Below are positions 1 through 11,883 of a stretch of 64,000 nucleotides of DNA, one piece after another. The stretch is from NCBI GenBank assembly GCA_011109175.1, contig RDEW01000051.1, positions 267,812-331,811 of the forward strand, read 5' to 3'. Within the stretch, counting starts at the first letter, position 1. The number at the start of each line of letters is the position of its first letter. The position numbers and the translations under genes were made by a program. Below the pieces are notes generated by a model. That model was not told where the DNA came from. It was given only the letters and a program-made list of their open reading frames with translations, and made no database searches. The DNA is from Dicyema japonicum (taxonomy: Eukaryota; Animalia; Dicyemida).

Positions 1-149
1 TAAAAACCTAAAAAAAATGACAAAGGGATAAAAATAAGGATTTATTTCAATAATAACTGCCTAAAATCTGCAAACTATTCAGGATTTTTTTATTCATATA
101 AAGTTGCAGAAATTATTGAAAATACTGGTTTTTACATAAATAACCGCCA

Positions 150-835
150 TTGTTGCCAAACACTTCAATGTTTAATTCAGTTGGGGGTGAATATGCCAAG
201 ACCTCTTACAAAATCACAACAAAGGAAGTAACAAATACATTCATACGTCCAAAAGGCAATCGTTTAGTCGGCTATGATGGCATCCCGGACGAGTTACTAA
301 AACATGCTCTGGTTGGGAATATAATCACGGATATACTACACGATTCCATGGAACTTGACTGTCTACTTCCACTAGGGCACGTTTGTTGAGCCAATATTGC
401 TACACAATTCCGGAACATTGAGAATTTCAAAAAACGAGAAATGCTAGATTCTTTTCACAGAAGCCAACTGCGCATATGGACTGGAATCTTCTGGCCGAGA
501 AAAATCTCAAACGAAGCACAATATGCTCTATGTAAATTTAGACCAATTGCATGGACGTTATTCTGTCCAAGTGGCAACTATTTGGACATATTCTTAGACT
601 GGACCCGACTACGTCGTGTGAAAGAATAACGGAAGAATATTTATACTGCGGCGGAAGTCACGGATTTCGAGGCAGAAAAAGATCTCTTCGAATTTGCGTA
701 AAAGATGATTACGAAACAACAGGTCGTAAATTGGTGACAGCAGACGATCTTGACAATGTTCGAATGAGGGCCAGAAAGAAGATGGCGTTGGCGAGGAGGA
801 TGGCTGCAAACATGGCTCAAGCGAAACCCTATTAG
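150..835 (+). mobile_element. RTE-like non-LTR retrotransposon remnant, internally deleted
   Basis: GYDGIPDELLKH (pre-RT region) joined to the C-terminal motifs LDSFHRSQLR..GIFWPRKISNE and WQLFGHILRL; several frame breaks. Confidence 0.8.
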
Positions 836-1289
836 GGGTACGCGAAAGAGCCACTGCTAAGAAGGTAAGAGAGCGGGAGAAGCCCTTGTAACACTTCTAT
901 CATAAAAATAAAATTCTGATTAGCAAAGACTACATTTGAGCATATCTCGCCACCCTGGGGAAGAATAGCCACGTGTCAGGGTGACTACTGTATGACTCTC
1001 GGTTGATTGTTTCTTTATTTTAATAAAAAACCAAATTGAATCAGACTTGATTTTACATTTTCAAGGTCAAAAAATGTAACCAGCAGACCACGTGACACAT
1101 TCAATGTTTTCAACACTTGAAGAGTCGAATAAGATTATTCTTAGTAAACAGATTAATACCGTCTGTCTCTTCAACCTCCTCCGTATATACAAGATTTATC
1201 AAGTAAGGAGGAGTTTTGCTGTACTTTTTTTTATTTTTAAATTCCGGATATACCAGAAAGATACCAAGAGTTAAATAATGTATATTTGA

Positions 1290-1565
1290 GGTGTATCCAG
1301 TTCCCACGGTCAGAGCAAGACCATTCCTTTTAAGCATCACGTCGATTCATATTGTGTGAACCCCTTTAATGGAGTGGGGAAACGACAGATCCACTTTGGA
1401 TGCCGGACAAGGCATTGGTCTCCTGAGACAGATGGATCACACGACCCTTCTTATGTTCGAAGGAGGCACAGCTGACTATGAAATCTTCGACCAGCCAAGT
1501 AAAGTTGTGTGAATCGAGCTCACTGGCTGCAACACTAGCAATACCGCTAACCACTAGACTGCCTG
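1290..1565 (-). mobile_element. SINE family A, tRNA-headed subfamily (A2)
   Basis: Minus strand starts GGCAGTCTAGTGGTTAGCGG..GAGCTCGATTC (A/B-box-like); shared core at 1387-1447; tail segment ..GGGAACTGGATACAC shared with other copies. Confidence 0.75.
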
Positions 1566-1670
1566 CCACAGTCAGAGAATTCAAGTTAATGTTTGAGATT
1601 TTTAAATCAATTATTTAATTATTAATCAAAATAAAATGATTTTTATGGAAAATCGAAATTTAAAATAAAA

Positions 1671-2729
1671 TTAATAAATGCGTCTGAAATCTGATTTTTC
1701 GAGCAGAAATCGAAAGTACTCGACGAAGCTCGCCTCCACACATTTTATATTCCGTAGGCTGTAGTTACAAGTTCACTTACATGGAAAGAAGTTCACATCG
1801 ACAACGCACAACCGTCCAGTCAATGGCTCTTGTATCAGATCAAAGCCATAAAGAGAGATCCCAAAGGCTTCAGAGATCCTCTCAGCCATTGATTTGACCA
1901 CCAAGTCAATTTTCGATCCCTTGAGGATTGAATCCTCCAGTGAGTCGTCTGGCAGGACATCTTTGCACAACTTCTGTGAATTAAACGTGAAACTCTCGTT
2001 TTCTAGAAAAATAAATTTGGACAACCAGAAATGTTTTTCGTGGATTTCCGAATTTGGATGTTATAAAAAAATCCGATTACGTAGACCTTGAAGAGGATCC
2101 CGTGATGATTTAAATACTGCTGAGCCACGTGGGATTTCCCATTCAAATCAAAAGCCTCCAACGACTCCAGATTGGGCAGAATGGTCATCTTGACTTCATA
2201 AAAGCTTATACAAGGTGACTACCGTCCACGTGGGCGTTGCGCGTTTTGAGAACTGAAATGACAGCTAGAATTACTAATTGGGAATGAAATTCCTGTTATT
2301 TTTATATCACAGTTTGGAATAATTTCTGAAAACCAAAGCTTCTTCACATCTTCGTGGTCCCTGAAGCATTCATGGAGGGAAGAATACAGCTCTATTCTAT
2401 CGTACAGACGCTCTACGTTAGCAGGGGGATCTAATATTACCACATCTCTGTTATTTTCAGCCATTTTCTAATTTATTAGGAATTCTAAATTTAACGATGA
2501 AAGTTATCGTAGCAGGAAAACTCTTGTGGATGACAAAATCGATGAACAAATATGTCAGGGCGTAATTTCTCGATGTTAAAATTGAATTGCCCGTCCAAAC
2601 AAATTTCATAAAGCTGAATGTTTTTATTTCTATGTGTCATTATAGCCTTTACAAGCATAGTTGCTTTATTTTGTCATAATTTATGTACTTCTTCCGCTTC
2701 TCATCTAGGCAAACAGCAATTTTTTTCAT
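1671..2729 (-). CDS. ITPK1: Inositol-tetrakisphosphate 1-kinase (multi-exon)
   Basis: Spliced translation MKKIAVCLDEKRKK..DIFVHRF..VVILDPPANVERLYDR..NHHGILFKVYVIG..RKSTKN..LYGFDLIQEPLTGRLCVVDVNFFP; 22-23 nt GT-AG introns; apparent 1-nt frame breaks. Confidence 0.92.
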
Positions 2730-2869
2730 CGAGTTTAACTGAATTATTTATCAATAAATTTTATTAATTTTTGGTTTTCCAGTAAAAATTACAAATTTTA
2801 AATTAAGATTAATTTTATAATAATATTAATTAAAGTGGAAAATCATCGAAATTTTTATATTTCTTATTA

Positions 2870-3518
2870 TCATAGCAAGCACTCAAGTCATAATCCCCCT
2901 TAGTAAGCGCCTCAAATTCAGGGAGTTACCTTACACGAACCTGTGCTCTTCGCAGGTTGTCGAAAACGTCACAACAAAATACGATAGGATTAACTTACAG
3001 TAAAGTTTCTTAGGATTATGGAGGTCGGAAACCATCCGATCTCTGATTCCTTATATAAGTAGTAAATCGAGGTGACTTTGTCTCGTTGACCAATTCGGTT
3101 AGATCGTGACTACTCAAAAATCAACAGGTTGACGGAACAGCAGATTTATAAAAAGAAATGTTTGCAGTGACATCTCTTAAGATCTTATTTCGAATGAACG
3201 ATGATGGGTATCTTTTAGAAGTAATTCCATTGATCCCCCATAAGGTAGACTTGTTCAAGTTTACCCGAAGCATATCAACCTCAGAACAGCTATTTAGGAA
3301 CGTCCTATGTATCGTGGAGAGTCAGTTGGGGTAACTTTCGTTTGATCGGCTATCTGATACACCAAGAAGTTAACACCGGCGTCACTCGTCATACCCAAAG
3401 CATCACAGATGAGTGGATTCTTAAGCCAGAATGTACAACAGAGAGATTCGAACCCAGAGCTATCAGGACTTTTCACAGCAAGACACTTCGCCTGCCACCA
3501 CGACTACCACAAAAATAA
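2870..3518 (+). CDS. Probable unidentified host gene (hypothetical protein)
   Basis: GC-richer segment between AT-rich spacers with open segments DYSKINRLTEQQIYKKK and GYLIHQEVNTG..RLPPRLPQK-stop; exon structure unresolved, no family recognised. Confidence 0.35.
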
Positions 3519-3585
3519 TGTTATTTTTATGAATGTTGTTTTAATAAAAATAAATTTTTATAATAAATTGTTAAAAATTTAAATA

Positions 3586-4360
3586 ATGTATTCCAAAACG
3601 TTTTGTGTCCACGTGTTAAATTTACCAAAAAGAACATTAAATAACTACAACGCATCTTTTAGTCAAATACGCCAAAAATCTGTCAAATTCGATAACAAGG
3701 AAGTATTTTTTTACGTAACACAAGAAATACTATAAACTAACAATCCCAAATGTTCTCAGTGGAATTCGCTTATTATCATCTCCCATAGTGGCCTACCACG
3801 TGCTAAATTATAATCTTGGGACAGCCTCTTGTATCTTTTTTACAGCAGCCTGTTTGGACTATGTAACGTCCCTTGTATTTTATTCTAGCTCGACGGATTT
3901 ATTGCACGGAGATTTGAAGGTCAGAAATCCAGGTTGGGCTCACTTTTGGATCCCCTGGCCGACAAGACCCTCACCGTGTTTACTGTGGGGGCCCTTTTAA
4001 GGGTCTCTCTTCTCCCTGGTAGAATTTTCGGTAAACTTTTATGATTGGTGGTGTTGGACTGTCCTGACACGAGAAATTATTCTGCTCGCAAATTCAGCCC
4101 ACGTGGGTCTCTCAATGGACTGCAAGTACACTCAACTAGCAGTAAGGCCGTCGCTTATAAGCCGTGTATTTAACACTGCTAATTGCTAGGTTAATACATT
4201 GCTTCTGTTTGGAACAATTGCGACGTCCCTGTCTTTGGAGTACGTCCCCACGTGGGTCGATGGGACGGATTGGCTTGTATTGGCCTCATTCCTTACATGT
4301 GTGCTTAGTACAGCTCAATATGTATTATTTCCACGAAAATATTATTATTTCAAAAAATAA
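3586..4360 (+). CDS. CRLS1: Cardiolipin synthase (CDP-alcohol phosphatidyltransferase)
   Basis: Spliced [17 protein letters not shown]|[28 protein letters not shown] matches the CDP-OH transferase motif DG..AR....S..G..LDP.ADK; 26-nt intron gtaacgtcc..ttctag. Confidence 0.92.
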
Positions 4361-4439
4361 TTTTTAATCCCCTGATTGGATGGGAGATGATTGGTTCTGA
4401 GGAGATAGGGGATGGGGAAGCAGGCGGTTAAATTATAAG

Positions 4440-5643
4440 ATTCACTTCACCACCTCCTTTTTTCTTACTTAGAATAATCGTCGTGACTTCATAGAAACTG
4501 AATCTTCAGTTCCACCAGGTGACAGGTGCAATGGATTCCCCTTTCCGAAGTTAACTCATGACTGTGCTCATCTAGTATCCCTTGAATACGACGAACGAAT
4601 ATATGGCTCATAATTTGATAAAGGGTCTGTATGACCGTTCCACGTGAGCACAATTCTACAAGTGTTGTCGATCTAACACGTGGGTAGAAAGTTACGAGCT
4701 ATAACTTATCAACGAATTGTTTCAATTTAACTCTGGGAGAGATTCGGACTCATCAATTCTGTGACACACTTTCCTTTGTTCAGAACTTTGGATTTTGATG
4801 TCTCATGAGTGCAGCACCTCGTCCATATTCACTAAAGAAAAGACTGGGGCTCTCACGGATCTGTCTTTAAAAAAAGTTCACACTCCTCTCGATGAAAAAA
4901 GTTCAATTTTGGTTTCATCCACTATAAAATATTCATTATATGTTGCAGATCTTTATTCGAAATATTTTTAAGTGTTTTCAGAATATTTCCTGATTGTGTG
5001 GAAGTAAAATAATAAAGCCTGAGTCAACAATATCGTTTCATGCCGTCAATGCGGAAGTAAAACTCTACGTTTTGATTTTTTAGGAATTTTTGATTTTACT
5101 TAAAATGAGTTCTACGAAGTCAACGGAAATTAGATTCAATCAGTCATTATGATGGCTTGGTCGCATCCCCTCCGGCCCAACAGTGAAAGAACATGTAGGA
5201 TCTACTTGTAGGCTGATATTTAAGGAACTTTTAGGATCGTCTTGTCTCCTATGTGGCATTGGATCAATAATGATACTCACACGTGGTTTTAATAGGATAA
5301 ATTTATATGCAGGAAATTTCTTCCGCAGCTAAATAAAATCAATAGAAAATACTAAGGATGTGCTCCAGACGACCTCTGGTTCTAGATACCCGTCTAAAGT
5401 AAAGTATTTTAATACTGATTTTAGTTATCAAAAGCGGGAAATCACTTCTTTTCTCAAGAAACTAAGACTTCATGTAACACTCAGAAGCCATGACGTCTGT
5501 GAAACCCAGTGGCTCACCAGTTGATCTCCGTTGAGAAGAAATTATGCTGGAGGGGATCAATCGCACAGGGGGGACAACCAAAAATATTCATACACATATG
5601 GGTGAAGTGGTAGTGCTACTAAGTGCTAACTATGCAGTTTGAA
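4440..5643 (+). pseudogene. Possible divergent PPP-family Ser/Thr phosphatase-like gene or pseudogene
   Basis: ITSFLKKLRLHVTLRSHDVC resembles the PPP FL....L..I.RSH/RAH motif; weak DLW(S)DP- and NYAG-like traces; GDxHG and GDYVDRG not found. Confidence 0.3.
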
Positions 5644-5728
5644 TTATTAAATTTCTTTTTATAAAAAAATTAGCTAATATAATTACAGAATTTAAAGAAA
5701 TTATAAACTCAACTAAATTTTATCAGTG

Positions 5729-5943
5729 TTAACTAAAATCCATGTCCAGATAATACATTGCAGGTTTGTACATACAGCCTCGTAGACAAGAAGGGGATTT
5801 ACTTTTGGGATGCTCAAAGATTAATGCTATTCTCTTCGAAGAGGTCTAAATGTTAAATTAAACCTTACTATATTGGAAATCTCGCTTGGTAGCCTCTTTA
5901 ATGACGTTACCAACTGTTTACCACAAGAATCAGCGGAAGGCAT
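5729..5943 (-). CDS. Small two-exon hypothetical protein (63 aa)
   Basis: ATG at 5943; removing the 23-nt intron gtaagg..tttag (5846-5868) gives an uninterrupted 192-nt ORF MPSADSCGKQ..YYLDMDFS-stop between AT-rich spacers. Confidence 0.5.
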
Positions 5944-6044
5944 AAAAATTGCGGGTTTTATTTATTTATTTAAATTTAATTATAAAAATTTAATATATAA
6001 ATTATTTTTAATTAATTTAAATGTTAAAAATCCCTGTTTATTTA

Positions 6045-6515
6045 GTATTTATTTTAATAACCCCGGGAACACCGAGAAGGAAAGACAAAAGAGTCAAACA
6101 GTTAGGTGATCCCAGTCCTCGCAATCAATTGTGCCATTCGACGTCTGTGATCTTCCATCGTCCCCACTACTTTCCGGAAGAGCCTTCTCTCGGTCTTGCA
6201 GAGGAATCCGATCGGGGAGGGGAATTTCTTATCCAATCGGTTTTCTCTTGCCATGGGAAGGATCAGGCGAAGAGGATTTCCATCTTCCTCACAGACGCGA
6301 AAAAATCCGGAGCCACGAATACGGATCTTAGCTTCCATGAGTAGTGGGTCGACTGTTGATCCATTACGTGGGCAAAGCATATTGATTGTTTTCCGGTATA
6401 TCGAGTTGATTCTATAGACCATAGACTCCGATAGCCTGAATCTCCATGCAACGGAGGCATACTCAATGGCAGGCGCGATTGTTTGTTGGTAGAGGGTAGA
6501 AACGGAAAAATCCAT
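6045..6515 (-). mobile_element. I-group (Ingi/Vingi-like) LINE 3' fragment
   Basis: LYQQTIAPAIEYASVAW..IARTGIT-stop followed by 3' end CTTCTCGGTGTTCCCGGGGTTATTAAA. Confidence 0.85.
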
Positions 6516-6527
6516 GTTTAAAAAATT

Positions 6528-6600
6528 TAGTTAGCTTAGTTGTTAGGATTTCACGCTATAAAAACAGTCTTGGTTCGATTCCTTCACTGTTCGCAGGTTT
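6528..6600 (+). repeat. tRNA-derived SINE head fragment
   Basis: TAGCTTAGTTGTTAGG (A-box-like) and GGTTCGATTCC (B-box); no cloverleaf. Confidence 0.35.
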
Positions 6601-7429
6601 CTCTTCCTTCCCTGTTCCTTATCCTCCTGCGATGCTCAGTGGCAGGATCGCTTACTCTCCCCAACTGTATTTGAGGAGTTCTCACAAATGTAAGGATGTC
6701 TTCTTTTCTTTTAGTTAATAATCTCTTACTTGGGCATTTTAAAAATGTGAGATTGGTCTTGAGAATGTTAAACAGTAAAAGCTGAGGATAAACCCTTGTG
6801 GGAATCATCTCTTCAACTCTATCGCATTATACAAGTAATGTCCGTGTCTCAAGTAAGATTCCCTTTCTCAAAGGTAGCCTTTAATCCATCTCACCTATTC
6901 TGCCGTGGTCACAGTCAGGGATAGTTGGAAGACGAGAGCCTCATTACTAGAACAGTTTTTATAGCAGTTAAATTTAAAATATTAATTCTTAAAAAATTAT
7001 TAATTTAAAAAAAAGTAAAATTTTTGGTTAAGAGGCCAGGATTTCTCTATGATCATCGCATTTTGAATCTGCCCCAACCATATTCCTTTGCGGGGCTTGC
7101 ATCTCTTCGAGGAATGCTTGGTCCGATACTGGGATGAAATGCATCCGTCTTCTCTCCCATTACTAAAACAAAAAATATTAACTATTTTTTAGTGTTCACA
7201 GTCTGTTTTTTCTCATTAAAACGACATTTTTATTTCTCTCAACGCTATTGTATCAAATACGGCGTCGTAATTTTCGAAATAGTATTTTACGGCAACAAAC
7301 AAACTATCCCATTTAAAATGACCCAGGTGAACACTTTGTGGTAGCAACAAAGAGGTCGAATCCAAGCCACTTTCTGCCTTATCAGTCTACTTAGCAACCC
7401 CCTGATATCGATGGTTGATGTTTATGTTC

Positions 7430-8660
7430 TCGGGTGGATGGGGGAAACCTTATTGCCGTTAAACTGGACATCTCAATTACCTTAACAGTATCAGACGAGA
7501 TTTTCTCATGAAGCTCACGGGAACTGACTCCTTGGCGTGTTGTTCGGACTTTTGTCTTCGGAGACAATATTGTCCTACTCAGACCAGTGCGCAAGGGGAC
7601 CCGTTAATACCTCGAAGATAGATTATTAACATCGACTCAGATCGTGTTTTCATTGGCAGAACCTTTCCAAGATCAGTTTATCGGAGTAAAGATCATGAAA
7701 GTGGATGAATTATCTATCCTTGGAGCTTGTTTTGATTGTGAGGATCTGAGAGGCGCTTTTTCCTAAAGGACTCTCAGCTACAATTTCCATCTGAGAGGCT
7801 GAGGACTCTTGTGGCTTTCTTTCTGCTGAAAATTGTCTTTTCACACCAAAGTTACCTTCCCTTCTGAGTTGCTCCCAGTCTTCAGTCACTTGGAGATCCT
7901 AAGCATCATCATTTGACTCTAAAGTCATCAATGTCCGATTCGACGATCAGACTGGAAGGTGTGAAAATTCTCGACATCTCTGGGTGGTCTAGACCTCAGA
8001 TTTATGCCCCCTGCTTTTCTTTGTGTGCTCCATGCGTTTGCCTGTCGTCTGAGATTCTATCCAACACTTCGAGGCTTTCTCAGAAGTCCGAACAGCATGG
8101 AGGGGTTGGGCTATTGCTCCCAAACGGACGAATTTTCCCAGATGTCTTGGGACGAAATAGTAATAACCTCACATTCTTTAGAGCTCAGGAAAACCTCAGC
8201 CAACATCGCCTGGTTTGTTTTCGTTCGGCATTCATGGAGATTGGATGCCTACCCAATGCCTAAAGTCGGGACTTGCTGGACAACTGATCAAGATAAGACC
8301 AGAAGCGATGACGATCTTCCCATTTACAAAAGGACGTTCTCCCGCATTGGATGTCACTTGTGTTGATACTGACAAAAATGGTGCTCAGTACAAAAACAGA
8401 CAGTCCTTCCACTTACTCTACCGAACGGGGGAAGATGGATAAATATTCTGCGTTTGAGGAACATTTCCACATCGTCATAATAGCGTTTGAGACTTCGAAT
8501 GTCGCTGAGCCTATAACCAGAGGTGTTCTCCGAGAGATTGTAAGCCCAATCTCGTCAAAGATGGAAAATCCTCGGACGCGGCATAGTTCAGTGCCAACAT
8601 CGCGGAATACTCACTTTCTCGAGGCAGCTGACGTCCGATTTGTTTATTCCGTCTAATGAT
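7430..8660 (+). mobile_element. CRE-like (RLE-type) non-LTR retrotransposon remnant
   Basis: AVKLDIS, FVFGDNIV..KGDPL, ENCLFTPKL, LDAYPMPKVG, ALDVTCVDT, IAFETS; same family as 35.8 kb and 40-43 kb. Confidence 0.8.
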
Positions 8661-8894
8661 CAAATTGATACTTTTAAAAGAAGTTCAACAAGTTGGCTTG
8701 AAGGGAGAGATGAATCTTCATCGGAAACTTAACCACATGTTTGTACTCATCCACCACACATAAAAAGTTAAAAAGTCGAAAAAAGTCTAAAGTTTTTCGT
8801 AGTGTTAATCAATTTTTAATTTTTATATCAATAAATTTAAACTTTTATTTATTTTTATTTAAAAAATCATCGTTTTGTCAATTGCTATTTTAAT

Positions 8895-9640
8895 GGGTTC
8901 ATTCAAGGTCATTAAAGAAATCAGGGAACGTAGCATGGTTTTTTCATAGTAGCCACTAACAAGTGAGGAAAAAAGGTTTGATCTGTTTGTTACAAATGTA
9001 GTCAGTTTCCTCCACGAGCATGCAACCCAGACAACTCATGGAGCTCATTGAAGAAGTCAGTTCTATTGCTAGAAAATACCCTGACGAATCATATCAACTC
9101 GCATGGGAATCGATGCGCGGCACACAATAATTGCTGAAAACAGCTTTTTATCGAATCGTTGGTGTCAACCTACCTGATTTACCCACAGGTCTGATCCTCT
9201 TATCTCATCTACCGAGTTCTGTATCGATAGGGTCACTAACGTCTTTGTCGAATACAATATCCCCCTGCATAAGTTGAACGGTAAAAGCTTTAAGACTTGT
9301 CTGTGGTATTGAGAATCATCTTTCTTCCCCCTACGCTTGCAGTAAAAGTGTGGAAAATTTATGCCAAAGATGTATTTTCAATCGGAAAAAGCTTAGAAGC
9401 AATCCACCACTGCCCAAAATATCAAATTATCTCCATGGTGTTTCTTTTCCTGACCATGGAGGAGGTGACGCATTTAGGAGGGATCTGCACAAAGGAATTG
9501 TTGGATCGACATTCGAATCCCTTCCAGTACAAAACCGTCTATCAAAGGCTTTTAATGGATTACTGAGGTACATTGGAATTTAGCAAAACATCAAAACGGA
9601 AAATAGGCTCGGTTTGAGTGGTGAGTGAGATGTTTAAATT
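8895..9640 (+). CDS. Probable unidentified host gene
   Basis: GC-richer block between AT-rich spacers with open segments (ENLCQRCIFNRKK..FNGLLR) and candidate short GT-AG introns; no family recognised. Confidence 0.35.
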
Positions 9641-9744
9641 TCCAAATACAAATTCATATTATTGTAAGTTCATATTCAAGAAAGTTTAAAAAAAAGTTAA
9701 TTTTTTTAAAATAAAAAAATAAGAAATATAATATTTCATTATTA

Positions 9745-10075
9745 TTTTATAGTCTATTACTGTGACATGATGATCTCCGATTAGACTGATAAACTTTGTT
9801 CTGCATAGACCAAGGACACATGGACGTCTCAACGGAGATCGCTAAAGGCGACCCATTCCCCAATGCTACGGTTCCAGAAGGCAAGCAAATCCGGTATCTT
9901 CGATATCCCTCATGACAGTCGAGTTTAGCATTGCGTGATGATGGAATCTGCAGGGGCTCCGTCTCTTTTGGGATCACAGTTAGCTTTGACTCTTTTTAGG
10001 GAATTTTGGGATCACAGTTAGCTTTGACTCTTTTTAGGGAATTTTGGGATCACAGTTAGCTTTGACTCTTTTTAG
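9745..10075 (+). mobile_element. LINE 3' fragment whose terminal 38 bp is tandemly triplicated
   Basis: Ends in the GIT-type terminus; unit TTTTGGGATCACAGTTAGCTTTGACTCTTTTTAGGGAA with GGGATC at 9970, 10008 and 10046. Confidence 0.7.
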
Positions 10076-10099
10076 TGGTTGAAGTTTTTTTTAAATAAA

Positions 10100-11010
10100 A
10101 TCCATCTCCCGCACAAATACCAAGATCAATCCGTCCAGAAAAGGGTGCTGGTGCCAAGACCATTGATGCTGCTTACGTGTTCGCAAGTCGAAAGAGTTTC
10201 AATGCCAAGATACACATTACAAGGGCCATATTGAAAGACGATCCGAAGATAAACATTACAAGGGCCATATCACAAGACGAAGGAACCTATTCACTCCGAG
10301 GGAATCTCCTTTAAGACGAATAAACATATCACTACCAAAGGAACCTATTACACGGTGGAGAAACATGTTACAAGTCGAAAGGATATATTCACAATTACGA
10401 AGGAACCCATTACACGGTGGAGAAACATGTTACAAGTCGAAAGGATCACGAAGTTACACGGTGGAGAAACATGTTACAAGTCGAAAGGATATATCCACAA
10501 TTACGAAGACACCTATTGAAAGGCGCAGTAGACAAAGGGTCAAAATCTCTAGATATTCTCCAAGTTGGACCTGGTACCCACACCAATTGATCCCTACATT
10601 CGATCCTGGTCTACACGGGACTTTGTCATCATCCTGACTTTGATGCCTACAGGACCTGGGACAATCGTAGAAGTACATACTGGAGTTGGGACCTACCGGG
10701 GGTACCCATACCAAATGTTCCCTACATTCGAATTGGGTTCTACGCAAGACTTTGTTAACCACATTATTGGTCCATAGAACGCGGCTTACTGGGGAAGGGA
10801 CGTACTAAGGGAGAACTAACTGGAGATGGGCTTACTAGCTTTGTACCTACTACGCTCTAAATATAAGAGCAGGATTCATGTAATCCAACACTAGGACGAG
10901 ATTAAAATGGAGACGGGGTGCAGCGGAAGTGTCCAGGCCGCATAGGCGGACACGTTTAAACATCCCTTAAACTAACTCTTATTTGCTGTTGAATAAATTG
11001 GTTTCGGGAG
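10100..11010 (+). repeat. Repeat-rich unclassified retroelement-like sequence sharing its 3' end with the LINE at 63.4-64 kb
   Basis: Three identical 37-mers (10348, 10410, 10454); 10905-11005 aligns with the reverse complement of 63440-63545 (GGAAGTGTCCAGGCCGCATAGGCG(G)GACACGTTTAAA..GAATAAATT). Confidence 0.6.
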
Positions 11011-11883
11011 GCACAGTCAGACGGAACTGTGGATAACTGGAAATAAACGACTGCCTTCAAACACTAAAGACACCCCAATTCGTATAAACGGTGCAAGGTG
11101 TCGGTACAATGAGATCGCGCAGTTTTCCGTCCATCAGGCGATTGTGCGGACACAAGGGATGTGAACATAACCAAGATGCGGACTCTTAAAACGTAGTGGA
11201 TCACATAGTTATCTAGTTTTGGTCTTTATTTGTAATCTTTTGGAATATACTGATGATATTTCAATTATGTCTAATAAGGCCATTAATCTGAACCAACAGC
11301 ATTCTCTACAAAATACTCCTCGCTGGTATCGACCTCTTTTGTCGGTCTGCGGATCCTACCCTCATCCGACACTTTCTTTGTTAGAACTTCTGATTTCCTA
11401 TGTCTCCTGACTTCGTTACCTCCCCCATCCTCAAAGAAGGAAAACAATGACTTTCATCCATCATAAGCAAAGTAGACCCTCCGTCACCACCACTAGAATA
11501 TTTGACCGTGCTCAGCCTTCAGTTTATCAGAGTTTAGTTGATTAAGCCATTTTATCAAAATTTGAAAATATCTATTACATCCATGTTCCCAAATTGTGTC
11601 AATCTGTCACAAAATTATAATCGATATAGAAATTCCCATTCACATAGAGTTCACTCGGAACCTTTGATGCATCAGTCTAACTCTCGCTCGAAGCCAAATA
11701 TTACTCCAATGACCCCAACGCTAAAGTGAGTGCTTAAAGGGGCATTGTATCCTCCAACGTGGCTGCTTAGGGTTCAAGGTCTTTTTAACTGAAACACATG
11801 TCTTATTAAGTACGCACGTGACATATGTGAGTAGTTTTGATAGAATGATTTGGTTAGTAAAGTCAAATATTAAAAATATTGAT

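Noticed and set aside
10348-10520. Three identical 37-bp repeats with spacers, resembling a CRISPR array
   Set aside because: Eukaryotic context, no cas genes, spacers of 25 and 7 nt, and spacer-region sequences resemble each other, so this is a decayed tandem repeat.
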